A DNA stretch of 64,000 nucleotides from Paraspadella gotoi. Lineage: Eukaryota; Animalia; Chaetognatha. The notes beneath the pieces were generated by a model, which was not told the DNA's origin, searched no databases, and saw nothing but the letters and a program-made list of their open reading frames with translations. Location: the NCBI GenBank assembly GCA_051294375.1, contig CM119267.1, forward strand, positions 18,555,972 through 18,619,971. Reading direction: 5' to 3'. Shown here in pieces: positions 1-11,791 of the stretch (positions within the stretch are counted from its first letter, which is position 1; each line of letters begins with the position of its first letter). A program made the translations under genes and the position numbers.

Positions 1-375
1 TCGAGGTTGTCATGACGACGTCAAAAAGAAGGGGAAAAAAAGAGAGAGAAATTACCGGAAAAAAGATGGTCAGGTGATCGAGCTAGGACATCTTAGTAAA
101 CGAGATCAGAGACCACGAAGTGACCAGTGAGGGCCTTGACCAGCGGGGGGGTGTAGAAGGTGGACAGAGAAGACGAAGACGAAATGGGCTCTGGGTCGAA
201 ATCGAAGATCGTAAAGCAGAATGAAGAGATGATTGGCGGCTGACCTCCTGGATTAATCGGAAGTCGGGATAGAAAGACTCGGAGATCCCGATTTTTATTT
301 ATGTTCATCGCAGATTTTACGATGTACTAATCCTGATTTTCTTCTTTTTCCCCCCCCTCTTTTCTTTTTTTCCAG

Positions 376-731
376 GCGAAAAGCCCTACACGTGCACTTA
401 CCAAAACTGTCTCTGGCGCTTCGCTCGATCCGACGAACTCACCCGCCACATCCGCAAGCACACGGGCGCCAAACCCTTCAAGTGCAAAGTCTGCGAGCGT
501 TGCTTCGCCCGCAGCGATCACTTGGCGCTGCACATGAAACGCCACGAACCCAAGCCCAACAAGCATCATCAACAACAGCAGCAGCACCAATTACAGCAGC
601 AGCTTCAACAGCAACAGCAGCAACTTCACAACTTGCCTTCCTTGACTAGATTGGAGACGCTGAGCGCAGCTTCGTCGTCGCCGCCGCCGCCGCAGCCGCC
701 GCAGCCGACGCAAATACTGAGTTTGGGTTGA
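376..731 (+). CDS. KLF6/7: Terminal exon of a Kruppel-like factor, KLF6/7 (luna) type: C2H2 fingers 2-3 plus a Q/P-rich tail
   Basis: A polypyrimidine tract ends in ...tccag at 375. The exon reads (G)[56 protein letters not shown], then a tail to TGA at 729-731. [12 protein letters not shown], the GAKPF linker and [12 protein letters not shown] match KLF6/7. No upstream exon was found in 1-375. Confidence 0.93.
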
Positions 732-894
732 AGAGGACAAGCAGGACAAAGTTATATATTTTTTAATGAACGTTTTCGTTCTTGGGACACGTCACGTGAC
801 TCTGTTATGTCAGTTCGTCATTTTCGTTGTCGTTTTATTTTTTCTCGACGCGACTGTCAATCCGTCATAAGCCTTGACAAGTGGGAAGCGCGTC

Positions 895-1030
<136 letters not shown>

Positions 1031-2482
1031 CGGTCAACGGGAAAGAGTTTGTACCTCAAAGCGTATCATTGTTTGTTTTTTTAATTTCTAAAAAACAAAC
1101 AAACAACGAAAACAAAACAAAACAAAAAAAACAAAACAAAAAAACGCCAGACACCCGCGAGGAGATTATCATTTTTGTTAAATGCTGTACAAAAATTAAA
1201 ACTGAAAAATACGATGCAACCCTTTTCCACGAAATTGAATTGCCTGTAGTTGGACTCCTCGTTTTTTTATACCCGATGTTCGTTGTTGACACTTTATGGG
1301 GAAAACGTAGTTATTTTTAGATTGATAGAGTATTTCTATGATCAGACATTGAAGAAACAATAGTTAAGTAAAAAAAATTGAGATTAACTTTTTAAGTGCA
1401 TTATATTTTATACGTAATTCCTTAGAAGGAAAACAAACAAAAGCAACTTAGTAGTAGTTTGCGTATAAACTACATTTTATATCACGACGTAAATGAATCT
1501 AAACTATGTATTATTAAATCTTTTTCCGTTCATCTGATCACAGAAGTGATAGAAGCGTTAAAATTCTTTTTGCCTTTAACTGTGATACTTTTTGTTTTCC
1601 AATGTTTTTTTTTTTTTTGCTCTTTCAGAATTATCGCTACGATCACACGCAAACTCGGTACATAAAAAAAGGCGGGAATTTTTCCCCCCAAGGATTTTTT
1701 TTTTTAAATCTAAAAATTGAACCGATATCGATAAAACGTAAAGAAATGAAAACTCGTTACAAAAAAGTGGTTTTAGCGTTAAAATCGTATTCCATCGCCC
1801 GTCCGAGATTTCGGCGGGATTCGTGCCTGGCATTTCACCCTCATTGCCTTTTTTTTTTTGATTGTTTTCATCGAAATAAAATATCCTTTCATTTCCTGCA
1901 ATTTTCGTTTATGCTTTTTCTTTATCTCTTCCGATTTTTATCGAGAGGGAAAGATTTGTTTCGCTTTGACTGGACGAGTCGTTTAAAAGTTCTTTCGAAG
2001 AGAGGGGCCCGAAATGATAATTCTCCCAAAGATATAAAGAGAAATGAATGATATTCCAGTTAGACTTACGAGATGTACGTGAGACGTACTTAACAATTTC
2101 CGTGTTTATCTAAAAGCTAAAACTCCTCAGATAATTACAACGCAGTGTGCACACCAAAAATTTCGAGAGAATTCCCCATGTGGTTTTGGAGATTTAAATT
2201 ATGCCGAATTTCTGATCTATAATTCAAGTTTCCGGGCGCGATAAGAAAATGACTCGTAAAGGAAAAAAAAACTTTTCAATTTTTAAACCGCAAAGAATTT
2301 ATGAAGCATTTTGTCCCTTTGTTTTGCTATGTAAAAAGGTTTCTGTACTTGTTTTTATTTATTGCTTAAAACGAGCTTGTCATGGAATCGTTCGTGAATC
2401 ATTTCTGTCCCAAGAAAGACTCTTCCTAACATCAAACGCCAAAACGATTTACCGAAGAACGAAAAAATCCTTAAAAAATCTC

Positions 2483-2788
2483 GGCACTATTTTCGTCAAG
2501 TGCACCGTTTCTGACTTTATAACTTTATCATTAATCTTTTTCCAAATCTTAATCTTAACCCTAAATTAATCTTAATTCCCTAACTTTAATCTTAAGCTTA
2601 TACCCTAATATTAAACTAAAACTTCGACCATATCTTTTACCCAATCCCTAAGTTAAGGCTTAATCTTAATCCCCAACCTAATCCTTAGTCAAATCCTTCT
2701 TTTTAACCCTTAACTTAATTTTTAAACTTAAAAACAAACTTAACTCTGAAGTAATGCTGAAATCGGGTTCTTTCGGAAAAGATGGCCC
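2483..2788. mobile_element. Degenerate MITE-like element, family A (second copy 41834-42170), with a telomere-like TAACCC/TAATCT-rich core
   Basis: Both copies start ggcactatttt and end gctgaaat..ggaaaa.a.atg. In the 41.8-kb copy the ends are imperfect inverted repeats (cactatttttcgaaatggcccccatttc / gaaatggggctattttggaaaatagatg). Confidence 0.6.
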
Positions 2789-2940
2789 AAAGTTTAAACT
2801 ATTCAGTTGGCGTCGCAAAAAGAGAAAGAGAGAGAGAGAAAAAAAAAGAGAGGGACTTTATAACTGTCAAAAACGGGAATTCTTTTCAAAGGGGTAATTT
2901 CTTGCGTTTAATGGCGGTTCGTCTCTCAACTGACGCCAGA

Positions 2941-3430
2941 CTACCAAGGAGATTTGTACATGGAAAATTTGAAAAGGAAAAATCTCCGTAACAGGTTTTC
3001 GACGCTGAGATCATTCGTTAGGAGCGGACGTGTTTGCGGGACTCCGCAAATGAAGATGGTTCGATTCGGGTTTGAAGACTCATTTTTTGGATGTTTTTTT
3101 TTTCCAATGAAAAGTAAACTAACGGGCCCGAGACATAGACGGTTGATGAGAGAAGTTGGGCCTATTAAATCGAACAGGACTGCTGATGGATTTTGTTGGA
3201 GATCGCTCGTGAAGAGCCTCAGAATCACCTGACAGACCTAAGGGTGACGAAGCATCCGCACCCACTGGGAGTGGACGAGGGGGGGGGTACCCGGGATTCT
3301 GACACAAAAAGTGAACTGGACGATGCATCAGTGATAAGAGGGGTTTTCCGTCTCTTGCTCACCCTTCTGAGAGTATCAATATCGTAGGATTTAATGAGTC
3401 TTTAGAGATCAAGAACTGGAGGTAAGCAAA
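2941..3430 (-). pseudogene. Possible decayed ORF1-like fragment of a non-LTR retrotransposon
   Basis: An intronless S/P/R-rich reading broken by stops and frameshifts leads to KNESSNPNRTIFICGVPQ, reminiscent of the LINE ORF1 'NxxIxGVPE' motif. Motif resemblance only. Confidence 0.3.
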
Positions 3431-4118
3431 AGGCAAGCATCGGTAAGGTATAGTAATAACAATGACCTCTCAGGTAAGCTCGGCTCAGCCACGCAATATA
3501 AATATAATAAACCATATGAACAAATGCTAAACCATATAAACCCCGACGATGGCTAATTAATATTATTTCGATCTGTATAAAATGGAATCATGATTAATCA
3601 AAGCAATGAAATAATAACGAACTGTATTGTTTGTAAACAAATATCGATTCTTTATATTTTTAAACACTTTTACAAAAGGCAAATAAGATCGACGGATTAC
3701 GACGAGTGTTTATGTCCAACACGGTAACGTTATTTTCCGCCATCGGGTCTTTTTTTCCGTAACTGTTTCAAACCGCGCTCTTCGTTTATTTTGTAAAAAA
3801 AAAAAAAAAATTGTTCCGCCCCTCACATCAGTCGGCGTCTCGGCCGAGGATTTAAATCCAATAAAAACTCCCCGAGAAAAAGAAAACATCTTTTCATATT
3901 CTCGCAACAACTAAATTCCCTCCCTCGAAGAAAAAGTTGGGTGTTTATCCCGGTTGCTCTTTTGTTTTTTCCCCCTCCATCTTCCGACTCTCTTTTGTAC
4001 GGTCGTTGTCCTTTTTTTTTTATTTTCCGGAGAGGCGCTGAAGGTCGGATCCGTTTAAGTTGGACGAAAACAAATACCAGAACGTCTGTTACTGAGACAG
4101 AATTAAAACAGAAAAAAA

Positions 4119-4150
<32 letters not shown>

Positions 4151-4212
4151 AAAAAAGACGAACTTTCAACATTCGCTAAGTTTTCAATTCATCAAAATGA
4201 AATCTTGCGGGC

Positions 4213-4291
<79 letters not shown>

Positions 4292-6085
4292 AGAGAAAGA
4301 GTGAGAGAGAGCGAAAGAGCGCCTCCAATGCCCATCGCCATCGGCCATTCGTGTGTGTGAGAGAGCGAGAGAAAGAGACAAAGACGAAAGAAGAGATTAA
4401 AGAAGGAACGAAAGAGAGAGAACGAGATGGAATCTGAGCTCGTTACGCGGATCGGCGTCCGTCCTTGGAAGCGTCTCTCTCCCCCGGGGTGGCCTCATTG
4501 TCCCAATTGTCCCATTGTTCCTCCCATCGAACCTTCTTCTCTCCTAATATCCCCTTTCTTGCCCTCCCCGCTATTTTCTTTTATATTTTCTTTTTCTTTT
4601 TTTTTCTACGCGAAAAGGAAATTTTTTTATTTTTTTGATCGGTTCCGACGCGAGTGACGCACGGATGATTCGTTAATGGGCGCGGGAATAAAAAAAAAAT
4701 ATTTCTCGCGGTGAAATATGCCGTGAACGTGTCGCGATTAGAAAGTAATGTATTGTCCTAATCGACAATTAAGGTGGAGATTTTAACGAAAAAATATCAA
4801 TCTTAGCTCAAGTCTTTCAATACAATGTGTCAGTGTATTGATTTTTAATCTTTAATTTTCAATGTTCAAAGTTTTCACTGATTCTTCGTCTCGAGATCAG
4901 GGCTCTATTTTTTTTTTTAGATGATTCAACCCTTTTATTTCATTTCTAGTGAATCATGTCAGCGTGATCATGAGAATGAATTTGAATTTCAAAAATATTT
5001 CGTACACGCGAAATATTTGTAAAAAAAAAAGTTTAAACATTAACTCGTAAGAGTTATCGTCGACCCCCACTCGTCGTTTTGGTCGTCGTTGTTTTCGTCG
5101 TCGTCGTCGTTAGTTACTTATTCACTCAGTCACCCAAAGCTGCGAAATCTCAATCGGAAGTCCATTAAAAATCGTTTTCCGTAAAAATAGAAAACAGAAG
5201 AACAAAAAAAAAAAAAAAAAAAATTAAAAAGTGAATTGAGCGAAAGCCTTGAATCCGAGACTCGCGAAGGCTGACGAAGCTTTCATGGGGTCATTGGGAG
5301 ACCGGAAGTGGAAGCGGCGCCGCTCATTGATAAAGTGTGGAGAGCGAATTGATCAAGGAACTATGATAAAGAAAGAATGAGTCGGCCTTTCCTTTTAATT
5401 TCCTTCTCTCGGATTACGTGACGGAAACTTTGTTTACGCGGATGTGAAACTAAACACGCGTGACGGCGTTGACCATAGAAACCAAATATGAATATTTGAC
5501 TCAATAATTAGGAAGAGGAACTAAATGTTAACTTGCCCTTTAAAGGACACGTTAGTACTAATAAGCAAACAAAAAAAAAAGGAATTATCTTCGAAGCCAT
5601 GATCAATATCCGGTGGTTAATATTTATCGAAAAGTTTTAATCGAAAGTGTTATCTCGCGTTCACAATGAAATAGTGACCCGAGGCTTAAATATATTTGTC
5701 ACCGTCACGGCGACACGGCGTCACGCGGTCGACACGCGGCTGAAGCGTGATCGGTAGAAATTCGCAATTATCATTATTTCATTTCGAGCTTGTCAATTCC
5801 GAGTCAAGGTTCAGTTTATGACATTTTTTCATTTGCCGCCCATTTGATGATTCAATTTTTCTGTTTTCGATAGGCCGAGGCTCGAAACTCGAAAGATCGT
5901 TTAAAAAAAAACTCTTAATTGGCTATCGCTAATTAAGAACTTTAAATCGAATTCGTGATTAAAGCAGCCTCACACAGACTTGAATTTTGTTTTCTTTCTT
6001 TCTTTTTTTTTTCTTTTTTCGTTCTTTTCTTTTATTTCTTTATTTTTTTTCCTAATTTATTATTTTCTTTCTATCATTTTTATGT

Positions 6086-6168
<83 letters not shown>

Positions 6169-6804
6169 ATCATTCACTCTTTCTTTCCCACTTTCATTAT
6201 TTTTCGCGGTCAGTGACTAAACGAAGAATCTTCCTCCCACACAGACCCGAAGGGCGTCGCTGAACGAACGCGATGAAATCAAAACAAACAAACGAAAATA
6301 AAATAAAATTAAAATAAACATCGAGGTTCTAATAACAGAAACGCAACGGAAACGAAATTAAGAAGAAAAAAAAAGTTTTTAAACTTCGGAGCCGAAGATA
6401 ATAGATTTGGAAATTGGTTTGGAAAAAAAAAAAGAATCGAAATACAAGAGGATTTTCAAAGAAGAAAACGCGGAGATGAGAAAAGGTGATATGTTTGTTA
6501 GTCGTGACGTCACAGGTTAAAAAAAAAGAAGGAAAACTCTTTGTCGCCTTGTCGTGGTGGTCGTTGTCGTCGTCGTAGTCCTCGATTGCGATTGTAATCT
6601 GTGTGTCGTGATGATTGTCGTCATCCAGATCTTTGTTGTGATCTGCGTCATCAACGTCCCAAAAGAAAAGACAGAAAGATAAGAATTGAAAATTGAATTT
6701 GCGTCTCATTGCGTTACGAAATGCGTAATGTCGCAGTTTCTTAGTCGGAGTTATTTTTGGTTATTTAGTTATTTTAAAAGTCGTCGAAATTAGCGGTAGT
6801 TCTC

Positions 6805-7010
6805 ATATCGGTCCGCCTCGCCACGAAATGCCCTTTTGTTCGCGCTAGTCGATAGATCGCGCGTTTATCAGAGTCAGAAAAAGGAACAAAATAACATCGA
6901 AAGATGAAAAAAGAAAATCCAGGGGAAGCCGTCACGTGACCGGCCCTGACCAATGGGAGCCGGGCATCCCAAGCCGGCTTCCCTCCCTCATCCGGGAAAC
7001 GAGACCTCAA
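6805..7010 (+). repeat. DIRS left inverted terminal repeat
   Basis: Reverse complement of 11769-11974 with scattered mismatches; contains GTCACGTGAC and CCAAT promoter-like motifs at ~6931-6955. Confidence 0.95.
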
Positions 7011-7747
7011 TTCTTTTTTCGCGCTCACTAGTTCGGTTATCACCTTACGATTTCGCGTTTTTTCTTGCTTTTTCACGATTTTCTCGAATATCTAGTTCGA
7101 AACCGCTCATATAGTCTCAAGAGAGACGAACGTTCGGACAAGAAGTCGACAGCCGAAAACGTTCGGACAAGTCTCTAAACGTAGAGAGGGTTGGAGATCC
7201 CTCGGGGTGAGAGGTCCAAGAGAGACCGAGCGGTCTCCCCGCCGCACCTCCCCCACCGACCGCCGCTTCTCCCCCCTCTACCGTGGTTTTCGGCAGCCCG
7301 ATTCCGTCGGTTTTGGGGACTCGGCCCGTACAACCGACATTCCGTTGCCCGGCCGAGCGGTGGGGCTTGTCCGAGGCGCCCTCTCCGCTGCCTTGGACCA
7401 AGTGGCGGCCGGTCTGTTCTCCCCCATGCCGGACGAGAGACCAGAGGACTGGAGTCTGTCCTTACGACGATGGTTTTCGTCACTGAACAGCTTTAGGAAG
7501 GATTCGACGATTTCGCCGCGAGTCTCAGCGGCGTTTCGACGCTTTGGGCGGTGAGTTTTTCCGCCAGGTGGCGTAGTGGGGGTTTTTAGCTCGTTTTTCA
7601 AACGCCTCGCCTCCCTCTTTTGTTTCTCCTTTATTTCTTTCTTTCTTTTTTCGAATTTTCGAATTTTGGAATTTTAGAATTTTTATTTCGTCTGATTCGA
7701 TCAAAATATTTTTGTTGAAATAACCGCTTTCCTCGCCTCTTGGCATG

Positions 7748-7833
7748 GGGCATTTCGTGGCGAGGCGGACCGATATGAGAATTTTTAATTCCTTTATGGA
7801 ATATTAATTCTATATCGGTCCGCCTCGCCACGA
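7748..7833. other. DIRS internal complementary region (ICR), the reverse complement of the circle junction
   Basis: 7748-7781 is the exact reverse complement of 6800-6833, and 7779-7833 is the exact reverse complement of 11953-12007. The two halves overlap at GAA (=TTC). It forms a perfect 22-bp hairpin (7755-7776/7812-7833). Confidence 0.95.
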
Positions 7834-8058
7834 TCCCACCGTCCGCCCCTTTTTGTCTCCTACCATGTTTTTTCGTGGCTTTGGCGTGGCTTAGGGAAAG
7901 GGGGTTGGGGAGAAGGGAGGGGGGGGGTTCGGGAGTTTTTCCGTTTAATTCTCGCGCTAATTTGTTTACCGCTTACTTTTTTTACATGTGACGATTCATA
8001 TCGGTCCGGTTTTCTCTCCACTACGCTTCGCCTCTTTGAGACGTCTCGATTTCCTTCC

Positions 8059-8945
8059 ATGCTGTTCGACTCCAGTAGGCGGCCCCTCTCAGATCGGGCG
8101 CCGCTCGGACCGTCACACGGTCTCGCCTCTACCCAAGCGTCATCATCCCACACAGTGCCGGATCCGGACGCCAGTACTCCTCCGATTCGGCGGAGGAGGG
8201 AGAAGTTTCGTCTTCGGAGACGACGTCGGCGGTTCGACGACTTCCTGCCCACGAGCAGGTCGGCGCCGGTTCCAGTGTTCGTGACATGTGGCGTTCCCTT
8301 CGCTGCGTTGGGGAAGGGGCTCCTCACGGCCAACTGGAACGCGCTGGGACGCCCAGCGCCGGCAGAATACGCCACTGGATCGACGTCGCTTCTCCCCGGA
8401 GTTCACCGCTCCGACGCCGGACACGTGCCTCTCCGCTCAATTCGAGTCGGCGTTTCCAAGGGGATAACGCGGCTACTCTCCGCTCCTTTCCGTGCGATGC
8501 AGGAGAACGGCGCTACCGCGCATGCCATCCTTACAGTTGCCGATGAGCTGCGCGGAATCAAGGAGGCTCTCCGTTCCGGCTCGCCCAGAATGAGGTCACG
8601 CGTGTGGACGCCCTTGCCGCCCCGCTTCGCGACGCGGCCTTATTCAGGCGGCGTCCTCAACCATCTGTCGGCGAGATCCGCCGCCAAGTCTCGCTGTGGC
8701 GCCGCAGGATCTCCGCGCCACGCTCTCTCGCTCGCGCCCACCGCTCTTCCTTTTTTGGCGATTCAGGAAGCGCAGGTGGCGTCGCGCTCAACTCGACGCT
8801 TCTACGAAACGTCGCCGCGCCAAACCCGCTGCCGACAAGCGCCTCGTTTCCGCTCGAAGCCTTCCTTCAACGCAAGTGGACCAAGAAGTCTGCTCCCCGC
8901 AAGAAGTCGGGAACGGGAAGGCCGGGATCGCTCCCGGCGAATGAC
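8059..8945 (+). pseudogene. DIRS gag-like ORF, frameshifted
   Basis: GC-rich ORF upstream of RT with an acidic patch (SSDSAEEGEVSSSE), a helical core (AILTVADELRGIKEAL) and an R/P-rich C-terminus. Assigned mainly by position. Confidence 0.6.
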
Positions 8946-9249
8946 TCGAAACGCCTCCCTCGCGGTCGCCGCCTCGTCCGACCGCCCGGTTTTAGGCCTG
9001 GATCCGCCCATGGACTCGAGTCTCGACCGGACCTTTCCACGCCGGCGCTTCTTCCGGAAGTCCCCGTCGGAGGTCGGCTTCGTCTCTTTCACCCTTTTGG
9101 ACGACGCTCGTTGGCGAGACGTCGCCCATTCTCAACAACATCTCGGGTTCCGCCTCGAGGGGCGAAGCAGTTCCAGCACGCCTCCCTCTTCCCTGGACGA
9201 GACGCCGTCTTTGGAGACCGAGACGCCTTGGTCGACGCGGAGATGCGGC

Positions 9250-10400
9250 GGCTTTGGAGGAACGCCATCGAGGAGTCCGGTTTCTCCGGGTTCTTTTCCA
9301 GTTTCCTCGTTCCGAAGAAGATGGAGGCTGGCGCCCGATTTTGAACTTAAAAGAGCTCAACTCTCGTTCCTTTCGCCGCCTTATTTCCGGAGGAAGGAGC
9401 CCCGGACGTCGAAGGATGTTTCGACGAGGCGATTGGGGGCCTCGTAGACCTCGAGATGCTTATCTCCATCTCCCGATCCACGAGGAGCATCGGAAATTTT
9501 GCCGCTTTGGAAGGGCCGCCTCTACCAGTACAGAATCCTTCTTTTCGGCCTCTCGATGGGCCCTTGGCTTTTCGCCAAGACGACGAGGCCCCTTAGTGCT
9601 TTGGCTCCGCCCACTGGGATTCGATGCCTTTTTTTATGTAGACGCATCTTGATCCTGGTTTCCTCGGCGGACGTTTGTCGACGAGCCACTCGGAAGGCGG
9701 TGTGGCTACTCAAGAGGCGGGGTTCATCATCCACCTTCAGAGGTCGAGCCTGTCTCCCTCTCAGAGCTTCGATTTCCTCGATTTCGTTGGGACAGCCTCT
9801 CCCACTCCATCGCGCTCCCGGAGACGAAAATTTACGACTCTTCGCTCGAGGAGAATCTTTGCCAACGACCGCTCCACGTGCTCGTCAGTGCCTTCAGCTC
9901 TAGGCCATTCGACGGCGGCGCCCTTGGCAGTACCGCTGCTGCGCTGCAGGTTTTCGAGGATTCAACGAGACGTATTTCATGTCTACAAGTCGAAGAAGGA
10001 TCTCGACCGCGTTGTTCCTCTCCACTCGCCGGCGTTGGAGGAGCTGCGGTGGATCGCAGCCCTCTCTCCAGACCAGTGCTTCGCTCCGCTCGATGACCTC
10101 CTCCCGGAGGTCTGCACGCTGGAGGTGACGACGGATGCTTCGTCGCAGGGATGGGGGTTTCTCCATCAGGGCCAACTGTCGATGGGAACCTGGTCGTCTG
10201 CGGATGCCCCTCTCCTTTTTCTTTGTGAAGGAGTTCACAGTTTTGAGGACCTTCCTCCAACGATTCGGAGCTTCCTTCCACGGCGCGTCCATCCTTGGAA
10301 GACGGACAGCTTCGTCTCTCTCTCCTGCCTTCGTCGGGGCTGTAACAAGAGTTCATCTCTCTTCGGAGGAGATCCTCATCACGGCCGCGGCGTCGAGGGG
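9250..10400 (+). pseudogene. DIRS reverse transcriptase and RNase H, frameshifted
   Basis: FLVPKK / DGGWRPILNLKELN, DAYLHLPI, YQYRILLFGLSMGPWLFAK, a disrupted FYVD(D)ILI at ~9633-9655, and RNase H LEVTTDASSQGWG. Confidence 0.92.
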
Positions 10401-10409
10401 CCGCAAGGT

Positions 10410-10831
10410 GGCGGACTGGAAAATCCTTACGAGAGTTTTCCGCCAGATGGTCGACATTTTCGGTCTCCCCAGCATCGATTTTTTCGCGACTCCCCGGTCG
10501 GCTCAAGTTCCACGTTTTTCGCCTGGGAGGCGACGCTGGAGGCGGAGGGGATAGACGCCTTGGCGCAACGCTGGGTCTTCGACCTGGCCTATCTCTTTCT
10601 CCCCCTTCTCTGCTGATGATGGTGATCCGCAAGCTGGAGAAGGCGAGGGGCTCCCTTCTCCTGATCACCCCGTTTTGGCCGACTCAGAAGTGGTTCCAGA
10701 GCCTCCTTTTTCCTTCGGTTTCTGGACGCGAGGCGCCTTCCGGCGCCGGAAAACCTCGTCGTCGACCTCGTGTCCGGACTTCCGCCTCCGCAAGCGGATC
10801 GCTTCAGGCTCGTCATCTGGAGGTTTTTTAG
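10410..10831 (+). pseudogene. DIRS DNA N6-adenine methyltransferase-like domain, frameshifted
   Basis: DWK..FGLPSIDFFAT, GIDALAQRW..AYLFLP and LLITPFWPTQKWF match the MT domain that follows RNase H in animal DIRS1-like elements. Confidence 0.82.
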
Positions 10832-11791
10832 GCGGTGCCACAACCTCTCCGACATCGACGACTCCACCTTCTCCGTCATCGTCGACAGCTGGAGAGGCTC
10901 TACCAGAGAGTGCTACGCCAGAGCTTGGAGCTCCTTCTGCGACCTCCTTCAGGATAGGGAGGTTCGAGGATCTCAAGCCTCTCTAGAGGATGTTCTACGA
11001 TACCTCGGTTTTCTGTGCGAGAAGGGCCTCTCGTACAGCACGATCAACCTTCTCAGGTCGGCCATATCAGCTGCTCTCCCCCCCCTGGCGGGAGCGCCGG
11101 TTGGAGAGCATCTCTTGGTCCGGCGCCTTCTCAAGGGAGTTTTCGAGTGACGCCCTCCCTCACGTCGGTTTTTCCCCACGTGGAATGCGGCCTCGGTTTT
11201 ACGCATTCTCGACTCGGCGCCACTTCCGATAGCGCCGAGGGATCTTCTACGACGCTCGCTCTTTCTCGTCGCTTTAGCGTCAGCTCGTCGCCCTTCAGAG
11301 ATCGTCTCTCTTCGTTGCGACGCGGGCTATCTTTCCTTGGCGGCAGATCACGTTCGTCAGGTTCCATCGACGCTCTCGAAGACGGACAGGGTCGGACACA
11401 TGGGTCCGGCGTTCCGTCTCGATTCTCTGCCGCTCTCAGATCGTTGCCCGGTTCAGGCGCTGCGCACTTGGCTCTCTCTGCGTTCGGAATTGGCGCCGCC
11501 GCACGATTTTCTTTTCTGCGCTCCCGCGCCGCCTCTTCGCCAACTCTCGACGCAGCGTTTCGCCTCCCTTCTCAAGGAACTTTTCTTGGAGGCGGACCTT
11601 TCTGCGGCCCCGGGGTCGACGCGCGCTATGGCGGTCTCGGACGCCTTGCCCGCGGAATGGATCTTGGCGTCTTCCTTCGCGCGGGAGTCTGGTCTGGCGC
11701 GCAGACCTTCTTCCGTTCCACTGCAGGGACGTCGCGGGGAGCGCCCCTCCGGGATCTTCTAGGGACGTTTGAGGCTTCGTATTCCGGATGA
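10770..11791 (+). pseudogene. DIRS tyrosine recombinase, frameshifted with an internal stop
   Basis: N-domain SWRGSTRECYARAW..LSYSTINLLRSAIS..VGEHLLVRRLLKGVF; catalytic LVALASARRPSE (R), LSKTDR (K), CPVQAL, PGSTR and RAGVWSGAQTFFR. The ORF end overlaps the right ITR. Confidence 0.9.

Noticed and set aside
3006-3025. tgagatcatt resembling the bantam miRNA seed
   Set aside because: No match beyond the seed region and no precursor hairpin.
9832-10668. Long minus-strand ORFs inside the DIRS element
   Set aside because: Shadow ORFs of GC-rich sequence; all recognisable motifs are on the + strand.
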